The position numbers and the translations under genes are program-made. A model generated the notes under the pieces. That model searched no databases and was not told the DNA's origin. It saw only the letters and a list, made by a program, of their open reading frames with translations. Of a DNA stretch of 64,000 bases, positions 49,354-58,853 are shown in pieces. Within the stretch, counting starts at the first letter, position 1; each line of letters opens with the position of its first letter. Source of the DNA: a virus; the IMG/VR virus record IMGVR_UViG_3300021962_000023, positions 134,535-198,534 of that record; one strand, given 5' to 3'.

Positions 49354-51051
49354 TTATTTCTTTTTATGAACTATAAATCCACTAATAGCTAAATAATCCA
49401 TATCACAATTTAAAAATGTTTCAATTGCGGTTTTAGGGTCATTTACCATAGTTTGTCCTCTTAAATTAAATGATGTATTTAAAAGTATTGGAGTTCCACT
49501 TATTTTTTTAAATTGTTTAAGTAATTTATAATATAGAGGATTTTGCTCTTTCTTTACAGTTTGTATTCTCGCCGAATTATCAACATGGGTTACTGATGGA
49601 ATCTTTTTATAATTTGTAACTTTAACAACTTGATTCATATAAGGAACATCTTCTTCTGAAGTAAAATATTTCGTATATTCATCGTGAGTTACCGATGGGG
49701 CAAATGGTCTAAACATTTCTCTTTTCTTTACAACTTTATTAATTCTATCTCTAATATCGGATATATGTGGGTTTCCTAATATAGAACGATTACCCAATGC
49801 TCTAGCACCAAATTCAGTTCTACCTTGAAACCATCCTACGATATTACCTTCGTTGATTAAATTAGCAACTTGCTCTACTAATAATTTATCAGTTGGATAT
49901 GATGAAACCTCTATCCCATCAAATGTATTCAATATATCCAATATTTCATTGATATCAAATTCTTCTCCTAAATATGGAGATTGATTATCCCCACCCTTTA
50001 TCTTTGGATGGTTCATCATATCATGCCAAAAGTATAAACAAGCTCCAATAGCAGAACCAGCATCGGATGGTGCATATGGAATCCATACATTCTTAACTCC
50101 ACAATGTTTTTTGATTTTACCATTAGCAGTACCATTATAAGCAGAACCACCTCCTAATACTAAATTAGAACTTTTAATGTGAGAAGTTGCATGATTAATT
50201 AAATAGTATAGACATCCTTCATACCATTTTTGTAAAGAAGCTGCAAGTTCCATATGATGCAATTCTATTTCAGATTCTGGCATTCTTGGCTCGAATCCTA
50301 TCAATTCAACTAAATCATATGTAAACATATCGGTATTTGAGTATTCCCAAGTAAAATATTTCTGATTTATATTAATTAAATTCTCACCACCAAATGATGT
50401 AAATCTATTGAATATATCATAGTATTTATCCGAATTACCATATGGTGCTAATCCCATAACTTTATATTCTCCACTATTTGGTTTAAATCCTAAATAAGCA
50501 GTTATAGTAGAATACACCAATCCCAATGAATTTGGAAATTTAATTGTTTTTATTTCGGAAATTCCATTTAAATCACATTTGGCCATAGAAACAGTATCCC
50601 ATTCACCTACCCCATCGATTGATAATCCAATTGCATCATCAAATGGCGATGTATAAAATGAAAGAGCTAAATGAGATAAGTGATGTTTTACAAACACCAA
50701 AGAGCCGGTATATCCAATTCCCTCTAATATTGCCTCCAATGCACCTTCACCGGCTTTCCAATCTTTTTTAAACTTATTCCAACTTTTCCATTGAGATATC
50801 CATCTATTACCTAAAGTCTTTTCAACTCTATCGTATTTTATATCCGAATCCTCATACCAACATACCACATCAACTTCATCAATAGTAATGTGTGCATAAT
50901 CCAAACATTTTTGAATTGCTTTAAACGGAAAAGAGTTGTCATGCTTTATGCCCGACAACTTCTCTTCTTCTATTGCGAATATTACCTTACCATCTATTAA
51001 TAAAGCTGCTGCTGAATCATGGTAAAATGCGGATAATCCTAATTTAATCAT
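49354..51051 (-). CDS. carbamoyltransferase (NodU/CmcH family)
   Basis: Motifs YHDSAAAL, HHLSH, DGVGE, GEYKVMGLAPYG, EFGARALGNRSIL, RPFAP and LNTSFN. Confidence 0.95.
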   Translation of the reverse strand: MIKLGLSAFYHDSAAALLIDGKVIFAIEEEKLSGIKHDNSFPFKAIQKCLDYAHITIDEVDVVCWYEDSDIKYDRVEKTLGNRWISQWKSWNKFKKDWKAGEGALEAILEGIGYTGSLVFVKHHLSHLALSFYTSPFDDAIGLSIDGVGEWDTVSMAKCDLNGISEIKTIKFPNSLGLVYSTITAYLGFKPNSGEYKVMGLAPYGNSDKYYDIFNRFTSFGGENLININQKYFTWEYSNTDMFTYDLVELIGFEPRMPESEIELHHMELAASLQKWYEGCLYYLINHATSHIKSSNLVLGGGSAYNGTANGKIKKHCGVKNVWIPYAPSDAGSAIGACLYFWHDMMNHPKIKGGDNQSPYLGEEFDINEILDILNTFDGIEVSSYPTDKLLVEQVANLINEGNIVGWFQGRTEFGARALGNRSILGNPHISDIRDRINKVVKKREMFRPFAPSVTHDEYTKYFTSEEDVPYMNQVVKVTNYKKIPSVTHVDNSARIQTVKKEQNPLYYKLLKQFKKISGTPILLNTSFNLRGQTMVNDPKTAIETFLNCDMDYLAISGFIVHKKK

Positions 51052-51054
51052 AAT

Positions 51055-51744
51055 TTAGATTTTTATGTCACCTTCATCCATGAACTGATTAAAAAGTTCC
51101 ATTTGTTTTTCTCTCATTTTAGTAACAACCTTTGTTATATAATGAGTTGGATGTCCGGTCATTTCTCTAATAAGTAGATATAAACTCTTTTTATTGAAAT
51201 TTTCTATATATTCTGCTCTTCTAAATAACTCTAAAACGGCATCTGCTATTTGCATATCTCGTTTCTTTGGAAAATAATTTTCTAAATGTTCATCCCAATA
51301 TGCTAACATTCTTTTGTTAAAGATTTTATACTCATTGTTAGTATCTTCTTCTTTCCAATTATTTTCGGTATCAAATGATTCTGGCATAGCAGACATTATA
51401 TCCGTATCTTTGTATCGTTTATAGTTTGCGTTATTTGTAAGAATCAAATAGTTTCTTGCAACAATAGTAAAATAAGAAAATGCTTTACCTTTACCTGCTT
51501 TGTACATATGAATCTTTTCAATCATAAATGTAACAACCTCACTCATCACATCTTGTGGGTCATCATCGAAATATGTAAATTTCCATTTGTTATATACAAT
51601 CTCTGCTAGTTTATCAAATGCAGGTTTAATTCTATCTCTATAAACTCTATCCTTAATTCTTTGGTCATCGGTTGAGTTATATTCTATGATAGCATCTTCC
51701 GTATCTTTAGTAAAATATTGTTTATTTCTGGGTTTTCTTGGCAT
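51055..51744 (-). CDS. putative phage RNA polymerase sigma factor (gp55-like, late)
   Basis: Region-2-like QDVMSEVVTFMIEKIHMY...KAFSYFTIVARNY with a helical C-terminus. Confidence 0.55.
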   Translation of the reverse strand: MPRKPRNKQYFTKDTEDAIIEYNSTDDQRIKDRVYRDRIKPAFDKLAEIVYNKWKFTYFDDDPQDVMSEVVTFMIEKIHMYKAGKGKAFSYFTIVARNYLILTNNANYKRYKDTDIMSAMPESFDTENNWKEEDTNNEYKIFNKRMLAYWDEHLENYFPKKRDMQIADAVLELFRRAEYIENFNKKSLYLLIREMTGHPTHYITKVVTKMREKQMELFNQFMDEGDIKI

Positions 51745-51995
51745 TAGTTAAATTTTTTGAATCTTTCGATAGTTTCTTTTATTTGATAAAATATAGAACC
51801 TACTTCATCATCCTTCTCAAACATTTCACGCGAATCTATTTCACGCAATGCCTCCAGTAATGCTTGGTTTCTTTGTAATTCTTCTTCTACAAAATCTTCA
51901 TATTTTTCTAATTTATTAAGAAGATTATAAATCGTATATCCAGCAACTGCTAAAAATACAATAGATAGTGTTAATATTATTTCCATATTAAACAA
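51744..51995 (-). CDS. small membrane-anchored coiled-coil protein
   Basis: N-terminal hydrophobic helix IILTLSIVFLAVAGYTIY. Confidence 0.7.
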   Translation of the reverse strand: MFNMEIILTLSIVFLAVAGYTIYNLLNKLEKYEDFVEEELQRNQALLEALREIDSREMFEKDDEVGSIFYQIKETIERFKKFN

Positions 51996-52629
51996 TTTCG
52001 TATCCTTTTAAGAAAAATTTGTTAGCATGTTTATACTTAACTTCTTCCATTTCACCCGATGGGGATTTCATTACAATTAAATCATTTCTACCATAAGTTT
52101 GTTTTTTAACAACTTGTGTATTATATACTCTATCTTTAATGGTAATACCATCTAAGTGGTCAATTTCATGTTGAACTATTACAGTCATCATAGTTTCTAC
52201 CGAAATTTGCTCTTTATCTCCTTCTGGATTGATTTCAAATGTTAATTCACCTAAATTATCAGTCATTACAACAACTTTACATGCTCTAATGGTTCTAATT
52301 GATTTCTCTAATGTTTTTGGAATAGATAAGCACCCCTCATAGAAAATAAATCCCTCATTAGAACGAGATGTAATAACTGGGTTTAGTAAAAATAGTTCTC
52401 TACCATTTTCTTCATCTCCAAACTTAATATAGCAAGCTCTTTTTTTAATTCCTAATTGAGTTGCTGAAATACCCAAACCTGGATATTTTTTCATACCCTC
52501 TTTTAGAATATTTTCCAATTCATCTGCTTCCGATTGAGTAAATTCTGATTTGGCTATTGGAGTTTTTAAATACTCAATGAATTCTTTTGATGTTAATCCA
52601 TTACTCCCTTTGTCTACGATTAATTTCAT
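51988..52629 (-). CDS. def: peptide deformylase
   Basis: All three PDF motifs: GLGISATQLG, EGCLS and QHEIDHLDG. Confidence 0.92.
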   Translation of the reverse strand: MKLIVDKGSNGLTSKEFIEYLKTPIAKSEFTQSEADELENILKEGMKKYPGLGISATQLGIKKRACYIKFGDEENGRELFLLNPVITSRSNEGFIFYEGCLSIPKTLEKSIRTIRACKVVVMTDNLGELTFEINPEGDKEQISVETMMTVIVQHEIDHLDGITIKDRVYNTQVVKKQTYGRNDLIVMKSPSGEMEEVKYKHANKFFLKGYEIV

Positions 52630-52634
52630 TTGTT

Positions 52635-53507
52635 TTATTTTATAAATTGTAATATTGCTAATTCTTTTGCTTTTGCTTCTACCATAATATCTACATTATT
52701 ACCATATGTTTGTGGTAATGATTCGATATAATCAGAATGAGCTTGTGGTTTACCACCTGCTTTGGATTCTGAATAATGAACTACGGGCGTAATACCTTCT
52801 GGCCAAGTTGATGTTGCTAACTCTAATGCTTCTTGCTCCGATAAATCACCTGTACAAAACTTATGGTGATGATAATCGAATACAATAGGAATTTTGATTG
52901 CGTTATGGATATACATTAAATCTTTAACAGAATACATAGATGCCTTGTCATCATTCTCTATTGTTAAGCGATTTTGTACTGATTTAGAGAGTCTTTGGAA
53001 GTTTTTGATGAATCTATCCATTGCAGAGATTTTATCTCCGTAAACACCATTACAATGGATATTAATCTTATTGTAGGGAGTTTGAGATAATCCCATCATA
53101 TCGAAGATTTTACCATGCAATTCTAAATCTGCAATTGTAGCTTGGATTACTTTCTCATTTGGAGAAACTAACACATTAAATGGACCTGGATGTGATGTGA
53201 TACGAATATTATTTAATTTAGCATAATCACCTGCTTTTTCCAACTCACTTTTAATTTCTTTGTAATCTTTTAGTTGAGTTAAATCTAAGTTATCACCCCA
53301 CGGAATGATTGCAGAAGATAAACGAAAGAAATGAATCTTATGTTCCTTATTCCACTCTAAAATTTTAATAATATCTTTAGCATTTGCTAATGACAACTCC
53401 GAAACATAATCCAAGCCTTTGGCATTGAATGTTTTCTTCACCATTGAACGATTGGTGGTAACTTTCTTACCCATCGTCATATTAATACATGCATAACCTA
53501 CATTCAT
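52635..53507 (-). CDS. uvsE: UV damage endonuclease UvsE/UvdE
   Basis: Motifs GYACIN, FFRLSS, RITSHPG, ENDD, VFDYHHH, HYSES and AHSD. Confidence 0.93.
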   Translation of the reverse strand: MNVGYACINMTMGKKVTTNRSMVKKTFNAKGLDYVSELSLANAKDIIKILEWNKEHKIHFFRLSSAIIPWGDNLDLTQLKDYKEIKSELEKAGDYAKLNNIRITSHPGPFNVLVSPNEKVIQATIADLELHGKIFDMMGLSQTPYNKINIHCNGVYGDKISAMDRFIKNFQRLSKSVQNRLTIENDDKASMYSVKDLMYIHNAIKIPIVFDYHHHKFCTGDLSEQEALELATSTWPEGITPVVHYSESKAGGKPQAHSDYIESLPQTYGNNVDIMVEAKAKELAILQFIK

Positions 53508-53530
53508 ATTTTAAAGTTTATTAGTTTTAA

Positions 53531-53562
53531 CAAATATAAACAAAAAATATGAGAATACCAAA
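53531..53562 (-). promoter_or_regulatory. Bacteroidota-type sigma70 promoter (TTTG-N20-TATATTTG)
   Basis: TTTGG, a 20-nt spacer, then TATATTTG, upstream of uvsE. Confidence 0.7.
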
Positions 53563-53566
53563 CTTT

Positions 53567-54667
53567 TTAGTAAGTTTTTATATTATCGTTATCGTTTTTG
53601 ATTTTATTTAGTTCACGAACTGAACCACCTTTTGTGTTTAGCCAATATTGTACGGCTTTTGGATTATTAATCCACATTTTTTTATTATTCCATGGAAAAT
53701 CGGGATGCATAAATTCTTCCCACTTCAAACCTAATTGACTTTCTTCAATTATTTCTTCTTCTAAATTATTTTCCACTATAATTGGAGTTTCTTCCTCAAT
53801 TGGTAAATTTTTTCCACTATTTTCGATATTTTGTAAATTATTTTCCACTATATCTTCTTTAGTATCACCATATACCTCATATAAACCTAATTTTTCATCA
53901 TTTTCCATCATTTCGGTAAGAATCTCTCTTTGTTTTTTCTTTTTATCCGAAACTAAACCATTAAAAGCGATAATTAGAGCTACCGCTAACGGGTCAAATA
54001 CGATTACAATCAAAAATATGAAGAATTTTACCACATTTTTCAATTCCATACCAAATGCTTCAGCAACAAATCGAAATCCACCAACTTCTTTCTCCAATCC
54101 TAAATTTGCAATCTTAATTTGGTTGATTTTTTCAGTTTCCTGAGCATTTTCAGTTTGTAAATTGGAAATTTTATCGTTAATTTTGGCAATTTGCTTATCT
54201 CTGTTATCAATTGAACGAATAAGACGAGAATTTACCTTACCACCATCTAAAATTTTACCTTGATTTGTGTTAAATTCGGTAATTTGAGTAGAAAGTTGGG
54301 TAATTTGAGCCGTATTTTGGTCAATTTTAGTTTGATGAACGGCGATTTCTCTATCAACTTGTTGTAATTGTAGAGATTGTGCTTGGAAAGCGTTTGAAAG
54401 ATATCCAAAGATACCTGCCGAAGTGATTAACATCAATAATCCAACTGAAGTAGTTAAATACCATTTGTTAAATCCTTTGATATTATCCCATTCTTGCTTC
54501 AAATATGTTGCTGCAACTAATTTAGCTAACTCTAAAGAACTAGCCATTACCATAACTGATATAGATGCTCCTGCAAAAAGAACACCTAACCCCGTTACTG
54601 AAAAATATGCCGCACAACCTGCAATAATTAGTGCGGAAAAACCCACTAAATATCTAAGCCAATTCAT
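53567..54667 (-). CDS. membrane protein with three TM segments flanking a coiled coil
   Basis: Hydrophobic N-terminal helices, heptads (IDQNTAQITQLSTQI) and a C-proximal TM IVIVFDPLAVALII. Confidence 0.7.
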   Translation of the reverse strand: MNWLRYLVGFSALIIAGCAAYFSVTGLGVLFAGASISVMVMASSLELAKLVAATYLKQEWDNIKGFNKWYLTTSVGLLMLITSAGIFGYLSNAFQAQSLQLQQVDREIAVHQTKIDQNTAQITQLSTQITEFNTNQGKILDGGKVNSRLIRSIDNRDKQIAKINDKISNLQTENAQETEKINQIKIANLGLEKEVGGFRFVAEAFGMELKNVVKFFIFLIVIVFDPLAVALIIAFNGLVSDKKKKQREILTEMMENDEKLGLYEVYGDTKEDIVENNLQNIENSGKNLPIEEETPIIVENNLEEEIIEESQLGLKWEEFMHPDFPWNNKKMWINNPKAVQYWLNTKGGSVRELNKIKNDNDNIKTY

Positions 54668-54668
54668 A

Positions 54669-54845
54669 TTATCGATTTATTCTACTTAATTCTGCAACTC
54701 TTTCTACAATCTTTCTACAAGATTCTAATGTATTATGAGCTTCAGCAGGTGATAAATGCTGTGCACCTGAAATTCCGTTTTGTAAAATCCTTAATTTCCC
54801 ATCAAGAGATTCTAATAAGTTTTGAATTTGTTCTGTGTAAATCAT
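54669..54845 (-). CDS. small hypothetical protein, 58 aa
   Basis: Hand translation gives MIYTEQIQNLLESLDGKLRILQNG...ERVAELSRINR*. It fills the gap, with its stop 1 nt before the next ATG. Confidence 0.65.
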   Translation of the reverse strand: MIYTEQIQNLLESLDGKLRILQNGISGAQHLSPAEAHNTLESCRKIVERVAELSRINR

Positions 54846-54867
54846 ACTAATAAATAGTTTATAAAAT

Positions 54868-54903
54868 AAAAAAAAGGTAGAAGTCGCTATAACTCCTACC
54901 TTT
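54868..54903 (-). terminator. Rho-independent terminator after Hsp20
   Basis: The minus strand reads AAAGGTAGGAG-N9-CTTCTACCTTT followed by a T run. Confidence 0.75.
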
Positions 54904-54927
54904 CAAAGATACGAAAAATAACCTAAA

Positions 54928-55314
54928 TTACCTAATATTAATAGATATTTTTTTTGTTTTGGTTTCCTCCTTTTTAGAGATGGTAATTACCAATAACCCA
55001 TTATCAAATTTAGCTTCCGATTTTGTACCATCGTACTCATTACTTAATTTAAAGCTAAAATCAATATCTTGTACTAAACTACAAGCGGTATCCGGTTTTG
55101 CGGATTTAACAATAATTTGGGAAGTGGTTGCTTCCAACGAAATGTTTTTAGGGTCGTGTCCTAATACATCTACGGATAAATGAATCTGATTATCTTCTAT
55201 ATGATAAACATAATCAACTTCTTTTGTTTCTGACACGGAGGTTTTCCACGAATGCGATGGTAATTGAGTATCGAATAACCTGTCAATTAAGTGATTTAAA
55301 TTTGTTGTGTGCAT
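54928..55314 (-). CDS. small heat-shock protein (Hsp20/alpha-crystallin)
   Basis: Motifs DVLGHDPKNISL and AKFDNGLLVITISKKEE...KISI. Confidence 0.85.
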   Translation of the reverse strand: MHTTNLNHLIDRLFDTQLPSHSWKTSVSETKEVDYVYHIEDNQIHLSVDVLGHDPKNISLEATTSQIIVKSAKPDTACSLVQDIDFSFKLSNEYDGTKSEAKFDNGLLVITISKKEETKTKKISINIR

Positions 55315-55358
55315 AATAATAAATGTTTTGGTTTAAAATAAAAATTCGGTCAATATAG

Positions 55359-55400
55359 TTCAATTTCTATACCAACCGAATTAATTATGACAAATTGTCA
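55359..55400 (-). promoter_or_regulatory. palindrome TGACAA-N-TTGTCA plus a TTGGTATAGAAATTGAA element upstream of Hsp20
   Basis: A perfect 6-bp inverted repeat at 55388-55400 and a second box at 55359-55375, in the intergenic gap. Confidence 0.45.
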
Positions 55401-55403
55401 GTA

Positions 55404-56051
55404 TTATACTTCGTTATCTTGTGATTCGATAACTGTACTCATATGGTCTGCCCAATGCATTATGTAAGGAATTTTATATTTCATTCTCTTACTGATATCA
55501 AATACTTTTAAATATTTAGTGTTATCTTCATCATATAAACCATCAGTCAACTTCATACCAAAGTATTCTGCTTCGCTAACTTGAATATTATATTGCTGTA
55601 ATAAGAACATAGTTCTATCCGTATGAGTCATATGTGATAACTCCGGATTTGGTGTAAATACTTTACCTTGATTTTTAATGTGCCATTCTGAAGGATTAGC
55701 TATATAGTATGGTTTACCTTTAGAACCTAATTTACCTAAATCGTGATGTAATGCACAAAATATTAATTCTTCATCGGTAAAATCTACTTTACCACCCATA
55801 CTGACAAATAATTCTTTTACTTTTAGTGCATTTTTACAAACATTAAAAATATGGTCTATATAACCACCTGTATAACAATTATGATATCCAGCATTGCCAC
55901 TTGCTGGAGATATTGCTAAATTCACTCCCAATTCTCCTTCTGAATACATGAAAAGGAGTTTTTCTAATCTATCACCTGTAAAATACTTTTTTACAATAGC
56001 AATAAATCTCTCGTAGTTTTGTTGTAATTCTTGTTCTGTCTTTTGTTTCAT
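55404..56051 (-). CDS. HD-domain phosphohydrolase
   Basis: Motifs YHNCYTGGYIDH, LHHDLGK and HWADH. Confidence 0.8.
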   Translation of the reverse strand: MKQKTEQELQQNYERFIAIVKKYFTGDRLEKLLFMYSEGELGVNLAISPASGNAGYHNCYTGGYIDHIFNVCKNALKVKELFVSMGGKVDFTDEELIFCALHHDLGKLGSKGKPYYIANPSEWHIKNQGKVFTPNPELSHMTHTDRTMFLLQQYNIQVSEAEYFGMKLTDGLYDEDNTKYLKVFDISKRMKYKIPYIMHWADHMSTVIESQDNEV

Positions 56052-56128
56052 CTTTTAGATTTTAATTGTTTTATTTTTATTTCTTTCTTTTTCAGTGCTG
56101 TCAAGTATAATACTATAAAAAGATACCT

Positions 56129-56160
56129 CAAATATACAACAAATTTTTCAAATTTCCAAA
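56129..56160 (-). promoter_or_regulatory. Bacteroidota-type sigma70 promoter (TTTG-N20-TATATTTG)
   Basis: TTTGG, a 20-nt spacer, then TATATTTG, upstream of the HD gene. Confidence 0.7.
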
Positions 56161-56478
56161 TTATTTAAGGAAAATTTCTTTCTTTGTTAATAACTTATAT
56201 AAAATTTCCACTTCTTCTTCAAATTCTAATTCAGGCAAATCATCATCAAATAATCTAACTGTATAAATTGGTTTACCATTTTCATCAGTAAACTCATCCG
56301 ATTCGGAACTAAACATTTTAGGTAAGAATTCCAAATCTTGCATTTCATCCTCATCTATATCAATCAATGGTATTATATAGTAATGATACGATTCGTTACC
56401 ATTTTCTATTTCTAATCTATGACACTTCCATCTTTGGAATGAAGCGTCTGTAATTGGTGTTTGGGGAAGTATAATCAT
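56161..56478 (-). CDS. hypothetical acidic protein
   Basis: 105-aa ORF with its own promoter. Confidence 0.7.
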   Translation of the reverse strand: MIILPQTPITDASFQRWKCHRLEIENGNESYHYYIIPLIDIDEDEMQDLEFLPKMFSSESDEFTDENGKPIYTVRLFDDDLPELEFEEEVEILYKLLTKKEIFLK

Positions 56479-56483
56479 AGTAC

Positions 56484-56515
56484 CAAATATACTAAAAATT
56501 TGTCATAAAGCCAAA
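56484..56515 (-). promoter_or_regulatory. Bacteroidota-type sigma70 promoter (TTTG-N20-TATATTTG)
   Basis: TTTGG, a 20-nt spacer, then TATATTTG, ending 5 nt before the ATG at 56478. Confidence 0.7.
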
Positions 56516-57736
56516 TTAAATCAATTTTAATTCAATCTCATTTTCAAAGTTTTTATTAAAAATATCTAGCATAGAGTTCTCGTATGTTATTTTTTTAATA
56601 AAAATATCTCTACATTCATCCATCCATTCTTTACATAATATGTAATTGTTTTCAAAATCATTCATAAATTTTTCTACAAATTTTACAAATAATTTATAAT
56701 CTCCTTTTATTAATTTAAAATCAGTCATAAATGGGTGCGACCTGATACCAATTAATTTTTCTAAAACTTCCAATGGATATGAATGTGTTGATATGAATGG
56801 TATACCTGCCAAAATTAATCCAACTGTTTTTTCGGATAAATATTGAGATGTAAAATCTTGTTTACACCAAGCCCAACTTTCATCCAATACTTGCATTTTT
56901 GCTTTTGGTAAAACTCTATAAAATAAATCCATACCAATTCCATCAAACCAACTTATCCAAGTTAAATTTTCAAAATCATTATTACCTAATACGGAATTTA
57001 ATTTTATATCCTTTACATCGGATTCATATGGCGTTGAATATGTTATTCTATTAATACCATTTGTTCTTTGTAATAATAAATTCGGAATATTTAATTTATA
57101 TAATTCTTTTAATGCATTTACTCTGTGTAATTTATGATTACGAACTGAATACATTAAATCATAATCGAAATTTAATTTTTTATATATTTCATTAAATTCA
57201 TAATACCATCTAATACCAATTAATTCATTCCATTGGAATATAGTATTAGTAAATGTAGTAAATACATTTTTATATTCATTGGCATTGTGTATAAATACAT
57301 TATCGGTTATCAGTATGTGCTGATTTAAACAAGATAATACATTTTCTATTTCACATATATCGGGAGACCAATTTACATCCCTTATACCAAATAATTTTTC
57401 AGTTCTAAATAATGTAAGTATCCATCCTTTTTTATATTTTAGTAATTCCACAAATCTTTTAAAAAATGGTAAATCTTCAACACCGCTGGTTATATCGATA
57501 TCCCTATAATATTCATATTCATTTTTATTTCTTAAAGATGTAAAGAAATCTATTAAATGATACCCATCTTCGGCATCATGTAAAATGGGATTAAACACAA
57601 ATGTAAATTCATTATTATTGTATTTACATTTTATTTCACCAATTTTACCTTTTATATCATATTCTCTATCGGTAGTATTATGTGCTAATTTGTAAAATAA
57701 TGAATTAGAAAAATAATGATGTACATATATTTTCAT
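56516..57736 (-). CDS. putative glycosyltransferase (GT10-like C-terminal motif)
   Basis: VLDESW...YLSEKTVGLILAGIPFI is similar to the C-terminus of 5744..7066. Confidence 0.45.
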   Translation of the reverse strand: MKIYVHHYFSNSLFYKLAHNTTDREYDIKGKIGEIKCKYNNNEFTFVFNPILHDAEDGYHLIDFFTSLRNKNEYEYYRDIDITSGVEDLPFFKRFVELLKYKKGWILTLFRTEKLFGIRDVNWSPDICEIENVLSCLNQHILITDNVFIHNANEYKNVFTTFTNTIFQWNELIGIRWYYEFNEIYKKLNFDYDLMYSVRNHKLHRVNALKELYKLNIPNLLLQRTNGINRITYSTPYESDVKDIKLNSVLGNNDFENLTWISWFDGIGMDLFYRVLPKAKMQVLDESWAWCKQDFTSQYLSEKTVGLILAGIPFISTHSYPLEVLEKLIGIRSHPFMTDFKLIKGDYKLFVKFVEKFMNDFENNYILCKEWMDECRDIFIKKITYENSMLDIFNKNFENEIELKLI

Positions 57737-58149
57737 ATCATTGATAGTTTAATATTCTTTTTCTTAAACCCTTCTACTAATTTCCAATATTCTTCACCAC
57801 CATAGTAAGTACATATTTCTTCGCCTACTTCAATATTTTTAATAGCAATAAATTGAAATGCTTTATGTGTTGGATGATTTTTCCAATATGCATTATTATT
57901 ATTTGAATGATTATAAATACATCCATTACCCAATGGTAAAACATACTCTTCAACTTTACCTTCTGCCGGATAATTAAATTTATAATCGTACAAAAAGAAT
58001 GATTGTTCGCCTGGTTTAAATGGTAGGGTTATTAAATGACATTCTTCAATTATCTCACCTGCTTTAATTTCTTCAATAGCAAATACACCCAAACCATGTA
58101 TAGGGGATTCTTTAACTTCTACCTTTGTTGCTACTTTTAAATTTATCAT
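57733..58149 (-). CDS. SET-domain methyltransferase
   Basis: Motifs SPIHGLGVFA, IKAGE, IYNHS..NN, IEVGEEIC..Y and YW. Confidence 0.92.
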   Translation of the reverse strand: MINLKVATKVEVKESPIHGLGVFAIEEIKAGEIIEECHLITLPFKPGEQSFFLYDYKFNYPAEGKVEEYVLPLGNGCIYNHSNNNNAYWKNHPTHKAFQFIAIKNIEVGEEICTYYGGEEYWKLVEGFKKKNIKLSMI

Positions 58150-58151
58150 AA

Positions 58152-58853
58152 CTATATCAATGTTTTATTGATTTTTGGAATTGGTAAATTATACTTGTCT
58201 TTACCCACATAATGCGTATAGTATTCATTTGGAGTTCTTAATCTATTTGAAAAATTATATAGATTTAATCCATCAGATAGTATTGTTAATAAATATTGAG
58301 ATGTTATTGTGCAACATAAATCAAATGTTTTTAAACTATTTTTTCTAATTTTACAAAATTCATATAATTTAAACCACCTATCTAAGTATAATTCTTTTAA
58401 TTCTTTATTATTTATTTTAAGAGTTCCAATATTCATAACTCTTTGTTTTCTAACCTCCCATTCAGGTATTATATCCGATATACCCAATCCATCCAATTCA
58501 TTTACACAATCATCATAAATACTTAACCAACTCTCCCATCCATCAAAATATACATCTATTGAATTATCTAACTCCGGTAATCTGTTATGAAATATAACAT
58601 CACCATCTACTAATATATAATCATCATTTCTATTTAGTGGTATTGTTTTAAATGCATCCCAAAAAACAAACTCATCAGTTACTATATGTTTAATATCTAT
58701 CAAATCATCAAACCAATCACAATTAGAATATAATTCAGTTTGGTATCCCAGTAGTTTAGCAGAATTTATACTATTTGTATAATATGATTTCAACACATTT
58801 AACTTATGTGCATCCGTATTTACATTAATATCGAATGTATAAATTAAATTCAT
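58152..58853 (-). CDS. putative GT-A glycosyltransferase-like protein
   Basis: Motifs LVDGDVIF (DxD), MNIGTL and YTHYVG. Confidence 0.5.
   Translation of the reverse strand: MNLIYTFDINVNTDAHKLNVLKSYYTNSINSAKLLGYQTELYSNCDWFDDLIDIKHIVTDEFVFWDAFKTIPLNRNDDYILVDGDVIFHNRLPELDNSIDVYFDGWESWLSIYDDCVNELDGLGISDIIPEWEVRKQRVMNIGTLKINNKELKELYLDRWFKLYEFCKIRKNSLKTFDLCCTITSQYLLTILSDGLNLYNFSNRLRTPNEYYTHYVGKDKYNLPIPKINKTLI

Noticed and set aside
56052-56128. Purine/pyrimidine-skewed 77-nt leader before the HD gene as a structured RNA or micro-ORF
   Set aside because: It shows no stable hairpin, and only a very short TTG-started frame; best read as an A-rich 5' UTR.
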